Positions 1-13,371 of a stretch of 64,000 nt of DNA are shown in pieces. Position 1 is the first letter of the stretch, and each line of letters starts with the position of its first letter. Source of the stretch: Ptychomitrium polyphyllum (taxonomy: Eukaryota). The stretch lies in assembly GCA_973851085.1 (NCBI GenBank), contig OZ316775.1, positions 19,778,001-19,842,000 on the forward strand, read 5' to 3'. Both the position numbers and the translations under genes were made by a program. The notes beneath the pieces are model-generated. The model searched no databases, was not told the origin of the DNA, and saw only the letters and a program-made list of their open reading frames with translations.

Positions 1-3000
1 ATTCTTTCCATGTTTTAAGGCCTAAAAGATAATTTCCAAATTTTTAGGATTTCTCGAGAGGCTAATGCAATTTATACTGGAATGGTAAAGACAGGACGGT
101 ATCACAACCCTATAATCTGACGTGGAACCCTAACCATGTACAGTATCACAATCCTAGTTTGACGGCGCTTTTAGGGTTTACCACTACATTAGGTTTTACG
201 CCTGTTTCTCTCTAGCATCGTTTAAGTTCTCCACTTTACTAGGTCATTTTTTTGGGGTTGAGGATGATCATGTTTGCACCCACGCGTTTGCAACTAGTTT
301 GAGATATGCTTAGGCTTCGTCAAAGTACTGATTCTCAGAAATCTCGTACTGGTGGGTCCGTCCCGTGAAGTGGTTATGAGTGGATCAAGGAAACATCTTC
401 TCTGTTGCTTGCAACCCTTGCCATGGCAGTGCCTACGCTCCTGGACGTGGTGTTAGTACGATGGTTTCTGCCTGAGGATTGATAGAGATTCTTTGAACTC
501 ATTGAATGAATCCCTGACGAACTTGTCAACGTGTCGGTTTTTGTACATGACGATGGGGGTTTAGGGTTTGGTTTTTATGGGAATTTTGTGTGTAATGGAC
601 TGTCGTTGTTGTTCTATGTTGTATGTGTTGATGAAGTGGGTAAATTTCCTTGGCTTTATCCTGCTGGGGTTAGGGCTGATCTCGCTTCACAGAGGAAATG
701 TTTGCATTGATATCAGCTGGTTCCTTGGAATGGTGGGGAGCCATGTTAAACTACGATGCTATATGTGTAGGTGGTCTTTCGTCTTTCGTGGATTCGTTAA
801 GGACTGAGACCTTTCTAGTCCATGGGTTTTTTTGTTTATATTTTCTTAACTCAAAACCCTGATAATGTTTTCGAACATTTTATTAAGTCGTGTTTTTCAA
901 GTCTATTGGAAGAGAGTGGATAGAATGCACCACCTTCGCTTTTTGAAGATGGTGAAAAGTTCCTCAGCTACATCGCGAGCCTACAATTGCATTGATGATT
1001 CGAGTACATCGTCTATGTAAGGGAAGTGCCTGCTTACATGACGATCGAAGTTCTAGAGTTTAGCGTTTGGGTCTGTGCTTTCTGTGTTTTGGAATGTCAA
1101 TAACGTTTCAGGCTGTATGTTTTAATTCTGTGGGCAGGTTCTTAGCTTTATCCCCTTCAATGTTCGATTGTCCCGCTGTGAATAAATAAGTTGGTTTCTC
1201 TTAAGGTTAGAAGCCACGTTTCTTTACTTTTGCCTTTGTTGAATTCGTTGTTGGAAAGGTCGATGATGTTAAATCGTTGAACAGGCATATAAATCTTAGT
1301 AGCATTGCTACGTGACGATAGCAATCGGGGACTGAGATCTTTCCAGTTCATGGGTTTGTTGAGTTTGACCTCATCTGTGATGAAGAAGGTTCCTGCAACG
1401 AGATTGCTCTGAGGAAATCACTATGATTCTCTAGGACCGAACTGCCTTCCTTCTGAGTTCTGTACCATCAATGCATTTGTTGTACTAATTGGGTCTTCGC
1501 ACTGGACTAACATGACGAGAGGGTCTATGCTAGTTGGGTCGTCGTATTGGTGTCTTGATGAAGGAGGTGGGCTGGTGTTGTAGCATAGTTCTAATGACCC
1601 TTATTGCCGGTTTGAGTAACTCCTGAGATTAGTTATCCGCTTCTGTCTGATGCCTGTTTAATTGCAGCTGATGTGATTCTCATTGTTAATCATTGTTTAT
1701 ATTAAAACGTTGTCACAACTGTGATATAATTTTTGGTATTCCTTTGTCACAGTTTCATTCAGCTCAATCATTCATTGAGTAACGGACTTTGTTTACTGCT
1801 ACTGCACTACAGGACATAAATTGTGTTCGTTTTGTAACGGATTTATTTTGTCCACTGCGTGAGTCTGGTTTGCATGTAATTACATGAGTTGTACTATTGG
1901 AGTGTGTCGTGTTGAGAGAATGCTGCCGAGATTCCTGTGCACCAATTTTCTCGTTTTCGTGTTCAGCTGAAAGACAGTGTCTGTAAGTTTACTTCAAATT
2001 TTCTGCATTTTCTTTATTCTCAATGTTCAAGTTGTACCTGATAGACTTAAAACAGGACACCTTGGAGTTCGATCTCCTGAGGATATGCACTTAAGGATTC
2101 CGATCTTCTAAAGATTGCAATAATCACTAAGACACTGGTAAGTGTTGACCTTGATTAGCTTAGAGCTTGCTAATAAATGTCACCTAATTACATGCAAACC
2201 TGACGTTAATATATTGTAATTCCATGTGGAGGTTGAACCCATTCAAAATCGGAAACTTTAGACCTTGAGTCAGGCATTTTCATCATGGCGGTTGAAGCAC
2301 TGAAGTCTTTAACCTGTTTAAGGTCTTCTGCGCCTTCCAGCGTACGCGATTACATTGTAGAATTATCTTTTTTGCAGAAGTCGACGCAAAACTTTAATCT
2401 CGAGCCTCATCAGGAGTTTGTGCAGAGTACTTCACTGTGGTGCCCAACTCTGGGTGGATGAATGGACGTTATGAGATTGGATGCGTGGAGAATGCTGAGT
2501 GAGAAACGGAGGGTTATTTGCAGTTGGAATAGAAAAGAATCGGGAATTCAGGAGGTATGTGCTAGGTCCACGCTGCATGTGGAAGCTTGTACTATTGTAG
2601 AACAGGTGAAGAACTTCTGGTAGTTGATTCGAGTTTGTAATCAGGTGGACGCTGCTTTCTCGAGTAGCTCAGTACTGTACCCAGAAGTATTATACATGGG
2701 TTTATCTTTTCTAATTAACCATCATCTTTGAACATGATATGAATAATGAAATTTTGCAACTGAGCTTTGGAAATCGGTATAAATCACGTTCTAGCTTGTA
2801 TGCCAGAACCGTGTGGATACTAGTTATCGTGAAAGTTACTCTGGGTATTTATGTGAAGCCGCTTCACGACTAATAACTGTGACTTTAAAAGTTACCTAGA
2901 GCGTCGCAATGTATGTTGGCTCTTTGAGCCGCATGGATAGCTCCTGTTTCATAACCCTTGTTTGCTCGTAGAGTTTAGAAGGGAACGAAGAAGTTGTTAA

Positions 3001-4484
3001 GATGTTACGAAGTACTAAATATTTGTGACAATTAGCGTGCTGCCGACGACCATGCTGTGCATTCCAATTAACTCTAAACCTAATACATGAGGTAATATAG
3101 CAAATTCTTCGAGTGTTGATTCAAAAACGGAAGGCTCTAAATACCATTTAGATAAATAATAATAATTTTTTTCCATAGTTATAAAATTATCAGAACGTCC
3201 ACTCACTCCATATGTTCTGACCATTGCGAGGCACCCATTTCTTCACGACGTGTATTCTCAGAAACATAATCCGCAAGCTCATTACTAAAGCATGAAATTA
3301 CGGCTTCTTCACGACTGTTCCTAATTCACAATGTTGACATTCGAAGGTCGACCTCCATAGTCTGGTGGTATACGCACACTCATTCTGTTCAGGAACAATC
3401 TCCAGTACTTTTCCTCCAGTACATCCGCCACCAACGCCAATCAACACCGCAGCTCTTCATTTGCTTCATAGACCAATCACCAGATCCCATCTGACAACGG
3501 AAAGTCTAAATAGTGACGGCCAGCCCCGGGCAGGTGACGGAAGTAGTGACGATGTTGAAGTAAAAGAAAAGACAATCAATGGAAAAGAGACAAGCGCCGG
3601 AAACAGTGCCGTTACTGCGCGTTGCTACAGTTCTCTGAAAACACGACCAAAGTACGTTCAGTTTCTAATAAGTTTCTGTTCTTTCCTAAGGGCATCTATA
3701 GATACTCATGCAGATGGGTCATGCCCATTTCTATCACAGTTCTTGTCATGATTTCCCTTCCAACTGACAATGACAGACATCCAAATATATGCACAAACAC
3801 AAAGAACACTCAACAACTCTATTATTGATGCAGGTTTCGCCCAGTAGAGCGAAGCATACATATGCTGACAGGGATCAAATTCTAGTATAGATATTTGCTG
3901 TTGTCACCGACCTACAACTTTGACTTGCTGCAGCTACTATACAACGTAATTTACTCTAGCGGGGTCATAAGGTCATAGCAGTGAGATGGAAGGTTGAAAT
4001 TATCTCGTAGATCATACAGAGGGTGTGCTTTCTTATAATTTGAAGTTTGAACTCCGAATGCAAACTACAGGTCACTAATTGCAGATGCTCTGGGCCTATC
4101 CTGCAATCTGCACATTAAGATGAGCATTCAATAGTCCCTCACCTAAACATCATGGCTTGCAATACAAGCTACTAACCAAACAGCTGCAATGCATTAACCA
4201 CACCTTAATTCAATTAACTAAGCATCATCATCTACAGCTGACGTAACCTATTGCAGTCTTGCTGCAGTTTTAAATATAAATTGGTCTTGCAGCTGCAACT
4301 CGCAACCGCTTAATCAGATACAGGTACAGCTTCTCAACAAAGGATTAAATGTTCAGAACTTCTATGTTCTCAGTAATTTTAATATTCATGATTATTCTCT
4401 TTATTTTATACTGAGTACAAAAAACGAGTTCCATTGCAGATGAATCGATTGGCTGGATGTCGATGTATTGGTCCACTGAAAGAA

Positions 4485-5901
4485 TCAAACGTTGGCCGCG
4501 GCGCGCAGAACGATCACTTCTAAAGTAAGTCCGGGTCCGAATCCAATGAACCACCCAAACTCACTCCCCTCTCCCAGCGTCGACGCACCCATTTTCACCG
4601 ACCTCTTGCGGATCTGGTCCAAGACGAACATGATGCTCGCGCACGACATGTTGCCATACTCTGCCAAAACATCGCGGCTCCCCTGCATCTTGTCCTTGTT
4701 AAGAAATAGTTTGTCCTCGATCTTGCTCAGAATGGCTGGGCCGCCAGGATGCACAGCCCAGAACATCTCGTTGTAATCTGGGGAGCCAATTACCTTTCGG
4801 ACATCGTTCAGGAACGCCCCGATGTTGGATGAGATGAGTCCGGGGACCTCGATGCTGGCCTTCAGGAAGAGACCTGCCTCTGTGAGTTTTCCATCGATGG
4901 CCTCTTGGGTGCCGGGGAGAAATGTTTCGCCCGCCCAGAGGACTTCGTAGAGGGGTGTCTCAACGAGGGGCTTCGGGTCCGAGCCCACAACATAGACGGC
5001 GGCGCCGTCGCCGAAGAGTGCGCTGCCAATGAGCCCGTCTAGGTGCTCCTCATCAGGGGCGCGGTATGTTACGGCTGTGACCTCAGCGCAGACAGCGAGC
5101 ACTCGCGCTCCTTTGTTATTCTCCGCGAGATCCTTCGCTACGCGTAGCGCGGTGGCGCCGCCGAAGCATCCTGTTTGATACATCATGACGCGCCGCACGG
5201 TAGGCTTTAAGCCCAGGAGCTTGGCGATCTCGAGATCTGCCCCAGGCATGTTTACTCCGCTCGTGGTGGCGAACACGATGTGCGTAACGTCGGATTTTCG
5301 TCCGCCCCATTCCTTGATGGCGTTCGTGGCGGCCTCGGCTGCGAGCTTCGGAACCTGAACGATCGTGATGTCGTGACGCACGTTCAGTGAAGGCTCCTTG
5401 TAAGTGGTGATCAACGGGTTCGCCTTCAGCACCTCCTCATTCAGATACATGTGCCGCTTTCGTATCCCCGACTTGTCACCTGCATTGCCAAAATCCCAAC
5501 TCATGTCAAACATCGCCTCCAGATGCATTCCCATGAGATTCAACTCTATTCAGATCATGAATAAAACTAAATTTTCTTTTCTTAAGCGACTGAACCCCAC
5601 ACGATGAACCGATACGATCACCTGAATGGATAGTTTACTGCGTTTATGTAGGAATGAAAATGGTACTTATGAACTTACAGATGCGCTTGAATTTGGCTTT
5701 GAGAGCAGATTTCTCGCTGCAGTTAGTGATGTTGAAGAAACGGTCGGGGTAGCCTTCCTGCAGAATCTCGGTGGGCGGGTTTGCAGTGCCCATGCCCAGC
5801 ACACATGCCGGCCCATCAGCTCGTGCCTGGCACCGCGGCAGTAATCCGCCCAAAGCGTGGGGGACCTGCACGGCCTCGACCTCTCCGCTTGGTGGCGCCA
5901 T
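4485..5901 (-). CDS. CHS: Chalcone synthase-like type III polyketide synthase, 2 exons, 405 aa
   Basis: Exon 1 is 5901-5679 (MAPPSGEV...AKFKRI). A 199-bp GT-AG intron (5678-5480) splits the Cys codon (T|GT), the canonical CHS intron position. Exon 2 is 5479-4485. Total 1218 nt in frame. Catalytic triad present: QTGCFGG (Cys), VHPGG (His), YGNMS (Asn), plus ALFGDGA and GFGPG signatures. Confidence 0.96.
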
Positions 5902-6258
5902 TGCTCAAAATATTCTCTTCCTTGCTCTACCTATGCTTGCTTGATGCCTTGAACCTCCAAATTGTCTCACTAAGCTAAATGATCTAAGTAACTGTATGTT
6001 AATTTGGCCAAAATTGCTTGCAATGAATGATATTGATCAATAGGCTGAATCCTGTGAGATTGATACTATATACGATGATATCGGTGGTAGCTGGCTTGAA
6101 AGAAGATCGATCAGCCGGATGAGTAAGTTCAACTCAAGTTACGCAGCTATGAATAGCAGAGCACATGAGTGAGCAATACTTGTAACGCTCTGGTAGCTTT
6201 GATCGATGATTCACTGATGAGTAGCGCTCTGAGTGAGCTAGAGCAGAGATGAGCTCTC

Positions 6259-6267
6259 GTTATATAC
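6259..6267 (-). promoter_or_regulatory. Candidate TATA box of the CHS-like gene
   Basis: Minus strand reads GTATATAAC about 360 bp upstream of the ATG at 5901, followed by a CT-rich leader. Confidence 0.4.
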
Positions 6268-9200
6268 ACAAGGCGGCTGAGCTCATTTCTTGATTATTCA
6301 TCATTCAGTTTGGGGCGTAGCCCCTGGCCTTCTGGTCGTACAAAAAGTGACTCAGAAGGTCAGTTGGGGGTCATTTGTGTCATTTCAAGAACCTACTACT
6401 AGACTGTATTTCAATCTTAAGTACATGCTTTACGAATATTTCAAATCGTGCTGGTATTTTGGCTTACACTTGCAAGGGGTCATGTGGAGTTTTTAAAATC
6501 CAAATTTTGAAGTGAGGCCAGGATGTTCACCAACTTCACCTTGCAGCTACTGTACTATACCAAGTACACAATATTAAGGTATTTTAAATTTCATGAATAT
6601 ACGAATCTGACGTTGCAGATATCTGTGATGGAAGCTAGTAAAAGTTAAGCTGCCGGCTCCAGCCTCCAATTTAAATTAGTAGAGATTGGTTCAGTTCAAC
6701 AGCTTGATTACTGGCGTTATAAAATGTATAATAGAATGTGTAATGAGAATGTGGCACTACCAGAAAAAGCGTGGAAGAATGACACTCCAAGATTCAGAAA
6801 TTACACTGTCATTCTTGAGTTGTCAAATTCTTAATGATACAATGGATGTCCTTCATTTATGCTTGAACCTTGTTGATGTAATATTATTTAAGAAAATGTA
6901 GGTTCAAATGACTTCATACAACTTGAATATTGAGGTAATTGTGAAGAATACAATAAAACTCAGAGGATATAATGGAATTGAGAGAATATAATTGAGACAA
7001 TATAACTCAAGGGAATTCATATGGAGATGAGCTCATGGAAACCAGATAATTTATCACTAGTCATTCCATTGTGCTTCTTGATACAAATTACCATCAGTGA
7101 TAATTTTTTGTAAAGACACAGATTAACATATTTTATGATCTACCAAGGCTTGAAGGACAATCTGAGCTCCTTGGATACTTTTTGGGACAAACACAGTAGA
7201 GAAATACACTCTTGATGATATCTTTTGATGATACTTATATAATACTCAAGTTTAAAGAGAATTTATATCTTGACTCCAAAGAGGGAATGTGACTTTTAAT
7301 CTCTCTTTTTCAAAATATTTTGAATCGAATACCATCTCATCTTATTTTTGGGATTATAATTGCTAACTGAGCACCAAAAACATCACTGGTCAATTGTCAC
7401 CAGTGCGCAAAATACACAATACACAAAGTAGTTCATGAAGTGTTCACGCTGGTGCATTCCTGTTGTAAAGTTGACTGATACAACAGTTGCTTAACAGCCG
7501 TGTATCGTACTACTTCCACTCAGCCAGCCAATATGAAAGAAGTGTAGGAACATGTTCCTTCAGAGGGTAGCCCTTTCAATGGGTCACTGACATCAGCTTT
7601 GTGGACTTTAAAGGAAAGGCAGGAGAAATATAACCATCCAAATGAAAAGCAGCAGTAAATAAAGATGACAGCACTGTACTCAGATGATTAGTTTTCTTAG
7701 ATCTAATGAATCTTGACTTCCAAAGGCTGGGGATATATACAAAGTATATTCACATGTAAGGTGGTGGAACAGCCCATTACCACCCCATTACAGAATGCTC
7801 TTTTTGCAAACATTGTAAAAAAAATTGTTCAATAGGAATTATTGGTGGATTTCATATTAAATGTAACTAAAAACATATTTTTTATAAAATTTGAGTAGAT
7901 TATAAACTTTTTAAGAAAATTTTAACAAAAAGGTCAAAAAAATATCAATACAATATCATAATTCAATAACTAATCAAATAACAATCACTAACCACTATTT
8001 AATGAATGTACAATCATTTAATTCCATACAATAATCACCATCCACTAAGCACATGTCTACCACATGCTTTATTTCCAAAATTAGTATAAAATCATGATTT
8101 CTTTTCTTCCTTAAATCTCTCTAAGGAGTTTAGTAGTTAATGATAATCTACATGATGGACATTAATCTTATAGCAACTAATATTAGTAGCTACTTTTACC
8201 TTGTGCAATACAAGGTAAATGCATTATAAATCAACTCTTTCTTCTATTGAGAATACTTCTTAAATTCAAATAAGAATTATTTATGATCAATACAAATTTT
8301 TAAGGAGATTCTAACAAATTAAAGCATTTTTAACGATATGATGTGATTTCATAAGAGATAAATTTTCAAATTTTTTCTTTAGCTTTCCTTAAACACCCAT
8401 ATTATACAACACAGATGAGGCTACTCCTTAGGCTGACATCTAAATTAGAAAATCATAAAACCATGTGGTATTGAAAGATTTTTAATTGATTCAGAACAAG
8501 TTGAGATTTTCTGGTGAGGCAAGTGCAAGACATGAATGCTTAAAATGTAAGGTTTCTCTACCATACTTTAAAAGTCTAAAGATTATCTTCAAATTCTATA
8601 TTTAACATGTGTTTTTTCATGCAACATCCAGATGACAAAACGACATCCAAATGTTGTTTGTAATCCATACGCAGAAAATTCAAGTCTATTTTATGTAATC
8701 TTTATAGTGTACTTCAAGTACTAATTCTATGTGAATGAAATTATTCTCTTACAATTTGGTGTGTGCTTCTTGAACAACACCCTCTTTGTCAACAAAAGCT
8801 ATTGCTAATTGAACCAGTAAGACCTGTCTGAGACAAGCAAACAACACTTCAATGTTACAAGCAGTGGGTTAGCCGACTGACAAGACTGACTCAAAAGGGA
8901 AAAGCTGTGCCTAAATGGTGCCACCTGTGGTAACTTGCTCAAGGCATTTGACATTTTGGAAAGGCTAATGGTAAAGTGGGTCAAAAGAATTATCATAGGT
9001 GCTTGCTACAAGGTAGTCAGAAGCTTCTGTTGAGAAGGTATTCCACCTCTCAACAAGAATGTTAGTAGCTCTACAGTTTTATTCAGGGCACAACAATGAT
9101 AAGAACTTCCTGAATGGTCATTATCTTTCTTCTTGGGTTGTGTTGATTCTTCACTATGGACATGTTTGGTATCATGCTTGTAAAGTAAGAGTTCAACAGT

Positions 9201-9272
9201 CCTGGCAGCACTTTGGATCTGTGGTCATCATAAAGTTTGGTGCTTTCTTTGGAGAGGACTGCTGTGGTATGC

Positions 9273-9458
9273 CTATGGGGCTATGAATAAAAACTCAACC
9301 GGACATTGCTCTGTCCAGAGCAACCAGATCTCCTTGATAACAGTAAATATCAGCCTTACTGGATGGTGAGTTTCTTGAAACTTGTCATTTTCAACGTAGA
9401 CAAGTAAAGCACACATAAGACTTGCACTTTTACATGACAAATGGTATCCACCTTGCAA
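9273..9458 (-). mobile_element. Possible decayed LINE ORF2 C-terminal remnant
   Basis: Minus-strand translation LIFTVIKEIWLLWTEQCPVEF loosely resembles the W-x-x-W-K-E-R-N-x-x-x-F motif near the end of plant LINE ORF2. Surrounding frames have stops. Confidence 0.25.
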
Positions 9459-12400
9459 GTAGCAAGCAGCAAATATTTTTATACATCAGTGAAGGGCTAC
9501 AATTTGTACCATACTACAGAATAATTAAATCAGAACAGAATATGGAGTTTGGCATAACCTGCTATAGGTATAATGTACATACTGGGAGGCGTGTGCCATT
9601 GGCTCACAAAGCGTGAAGTCATGGGCCCTCTAGATTATGACTATGGAATCATGAATGCAGTAAGATGCATAGTGGAATCTTTGGGGGCATAATCCATATA
9701 TGAAATGCAGATAAAAATGCACAAAAATGCAGCACAGGCACAATATGCAATAAAATGTATAGAAGAGTGCACAATTTATAATATTATTATATACCTACAA
9801 AAATGTGAAAATTTACAAATATTGCATTTGTCACTCTTCAAACAAGCCTTCAAGATTTTATAAAAAATAAAATGGATTATAAAATTGATTATAAAATTAG
9901 ATATGATTGTTGTAATGCACAGTTTTTAGAATCTATCCATAGAATTAAATAGCATCAAAGGACTTTAAGTTTTTTTATAAATTTTTCTCAAATTGTAGAG
10001 TTTGAAAACATAAAAGACATAAAATTAAATATTTTTCTTTTAAATTCAACTGTAGTTGACTAAATTATGAAGATTATGCATCACAATGTGTAAATTTGAA
10101 GCATGAGGTTATATATATGGTTTAAACAACTTATGATTTAGAAATTGTATTATCACTATTTTAGAAGCTTATTTGTATGAATGCATATAATTATTTAATA
10201 AAATAAATGTACTTTTTATATGATGAATTCCAATGGATGTTTAAGAATTTTTGAATGTGATTATTTTAACCAATTATACTTGAGTTCTAAAAGACATTTA
10301 TGATTGTTTTTTATATTATAAAGTTGTTTGTATTGTAGACATTGTCCAAAATATCTATAGTATCTATAGTGTATAATATAATTTAAAAATTAATAATATA
10401 CAATCATTGTAATGTCTTTTCTTGCATGTTACAATATTATTTTGGTCATAGGATACACAATATTAAATCTTGAGACTTAAAATTTAGCATGAAAATGACA
10501 AAGGGTTTGAAATTGAGATGCTTGCTTTAACAAAATCATATTCAATTTCAAACCTTTTCAAATTGTATGTCCAATTGATAGTTTTCATAATTACTAGAAG
10601 TTGTGAAGGTGTGTAGTGATAAGAGAGCTTATAATCAACTTGATATTGATATAAAAAGTAATCACCATTGCAAGAACATATAAAATGATTACTTTCAAAT
10701 GGCATGGCATTAGGAATTGTACTTTTGAATAAGGATTGAAATGTTATGTATTTTTTTAACCTCAATGACTAATCAATTAAAATATATAACATATAAAGTT
10801 AAATATATCAATTGTATACTAATGAATGTGTACAAATTATTTTGCTTATTTGAAATGTTTTTATTGCGCCACATTGAGAATCCTTAATTGATTCATATAT
10901 GCCTAATGAGTACAAAATAAATTTGGATTAGATGTCATTTTTTTTGTTAAAAACTACAAGAAAAGCACTTATCTCAACCATTCTAAATATCTTTTCTTCA
11001 AAATCTTTCACATGACTATTGTTTATATCTTTATTTTATTTTACTTTAGTCTATTGGCAAAACTAATTCTTAAAGGTCTTTCCAACCCATTTTGGGTCAG
11101 TACCAATCTTTCACCTTATACATTATGTTCTTCACACAGTTTTTCATTGCAATGCACTTTTAAGATATGGTTTATCAAGTGATTGACTTCTGCAATGGTT
11201 AGATTAGGTGTTGCCTAAACACAAGTTTCACATACTGGACGTGTAGCCTTTGTGCTGTTACAGTAGGTTTGGGGTCGACTTTGCCCCTATGCTTGAGGGC
11301 ACTCTGCCATTGTTTCTCAGGCTTAGTTAGGATCCAGAAAGTGCTGCTTCAGGCTAACGTGTCCGTTTCTGAGCCCCCTCACAAGTTTTGACATGGCCCT
11401 GACCTTGGAAAAGTGCTGTGGCAGTGTCGTTGACTTGGGATTTTTGAGTGAAGGACGTGAGTATTATCTACACCTTTAGTTGACATCTGAGTGGCCTTTG
11501 TGGGGTGTGGCTTGTTTGAACCTGTCTGTTCCAGCTTCCTTGTCTGTGGGTGAGGTTTCTGAACGTCATTGCAACACAGTGCTCTGGCATAGGCATCCGC
11601 CCAATTGACCACGAGGCTGAGGCATTTATTAGTTGTTTGAGCCCTAGTGTCAAATTTGTCGTTGTTTGAGGTTAAGTGCCTGTCTCATTTGCTCCAAGAT
11701 ATTAGAAAATAAATTCACAATGCAGATATTGTTGAAGTATGCGATTCCGTGAAACTTTTACTTGTGAGCGTTTGGAGTTCCACCTTGGGTAATATCATAA
11801 TATAGTTTTCCATTAAGTAGCAAGGGGACGGTGTAGGTTGCGGTTTGCCGTAATTCTCTGTGGATCTTGGTGTATGTGCAGCTGATTTTTTCAAGTCTCT
11901 TATTTCGTTTAGCTTTGAATGTGACTGATTCGTTTGGTGATTCTTGGAAACATTCTGTTTGCATAATATGTGCATACTTAGAGAGCATGGTTGATATAAA
12001 TTTCAAAGGCTCGTATCGACTCTGCTAGTTTTGTACTGCTACTGGATTACTACTATGTTGTAACAGAGAAAGTTCATATCATGGACACCAGAACATCACA
12101 TCCAGAGCCTGTCTAACTTATTTACCTCTTTTAGATGCGATTTCTGTTTTGGAAAGTCATCTGTGCCAGCTGGGCACTCTAGAAGCTGAACCTGTCCCTT
12201 GGTTTCTCCGAAAGACTGAACCAGCTCAAGACTCGTTGACACTACCCCTGCTTTTAACTGGATTTTGGTCACTTTTTGAACTAATGTGCAGTTTGACATA
12301 CTTCCACTGTTTAGATGGTAGAATTGCTGTACAGAATGATTCTATGATCTGTACTTTGCAAGTGTCAATTAATTATCTAAAATATTAGATGTTCCTTCGG

Positions 12401-13371
12401 TGAAACTCTTTGAACATATTGGATAAGGGCGGAGCAAGAAATTTAAGATGTTTCCTAGCTACAGTTGTGATTTCTAGCGCATGTGAGGAAACTTCGTTGC
12501 TGCAGTTGAAATTCTTGATACTGTATATATGTGGAACACTTTGCAGTGATTGGAACCTATAACTTGCGACCATGAGCCTTGTTCAAGCTTCTAAGTGCTT
12601 CATCCATATCCCTGGTTACTTTGGTGGAGATACTGCAAGCGCACTCGGTGCCTCATTACAGGTTCTTGCATAATTTTGAGCAATTTCAATAAAATAGATA
12701 CATACAATAAAATACAGTAGGCTCTGTAAAATGCAACACCTTCAAAGCTATCAAATCTCTCGGTGCTTATCTACCCAACTGGAATTCAAAGTAGGCTAAG
12801 TCAGGCACCTCCTTAAACAAGGAGACCCATTTATTATTTCCCAAACTCAATTACAGCTGGAAATTCGTCATCTCTTGGTGCTGTTGCCCATTCATAAGAG
12901 AAGGCTTGTGTTGTGAAGCTTCTGTAACGTTGGTTCTTGAGTTTGTGATGTCAAAGTTCACGAGTCCCACAAGTAGTTGGTACATTCTATATCCAAACAG
13001 CTCAAGTGATGATTACAAAGGACAAACCTCTACCCAAATTTCCACTATAGTACACCCCAAGTACTGTATCGGTGGAGAACCCCTAAAGTTGTAAACTTCC
13101 CGATCTTCAGTGCTAATAGCATTCTCCCTTGCGCTAACACAATCTTCAAACTCTCCTAGAACTAAATTGTCTCTACAGCAGAAAAGACACGGTGGAGCCA
13201 TCTGAATTGTTGAACTTCGGAGCTTCATTCTGAACTGAAAGATCGACTCCAGCTACCCAGAACCGTTTGCGGATGTGAATGCCATAGCCAATACTGATGG
13301 TCGCTAAGAAACAAAACAATGGAACGGTACAACATGGCGTTAACCTAATCAGAATCAAAAGCACACAACTA

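Noticed and set aside
100..680. Scattered TTAGGG/CCCTAA telomere-like words
   Set aside because: They are isolated hexamers, not a tandem TTTAGGG array.
3365..3828. 128-aa and 68-aa plus-strand ORFs
   Set aside because: They have non-ATG starts and no recognisable domain. At most they are part of the decayed exon chain upstream.
5480..5543. N-terminal [22 protein letters not shown] of the 352-aa ORF
   Set aside because: This is intron read-through. The true exon 2 begins at 5479 after the acceptor and joins exon 1 at the conserved Cys.
6640..7290. Possible retrotransposon 3' end (purine tract AAAGAGGGAA followed by TG at ~7278-7290)
   Set aside because: No integrase or chromodomain motif and no matching LTR were found, so the evidence is too weak.
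9025..9059. Short hairpin TGTTGAGAAGGT...ACCTCTCAACA as a Helitron 3' end or terminator
   Set aside because: No CTRR terminus follows at the expected distance, and bacterial terminators are irrelevant in this context.
11260..13370. Short ORFs and splice-like signals downstream of the Hsp70-like gene
   Set aside because: No consistent gene model or known motif could be built. It may be UTR or lncRNA but this is unsupported.
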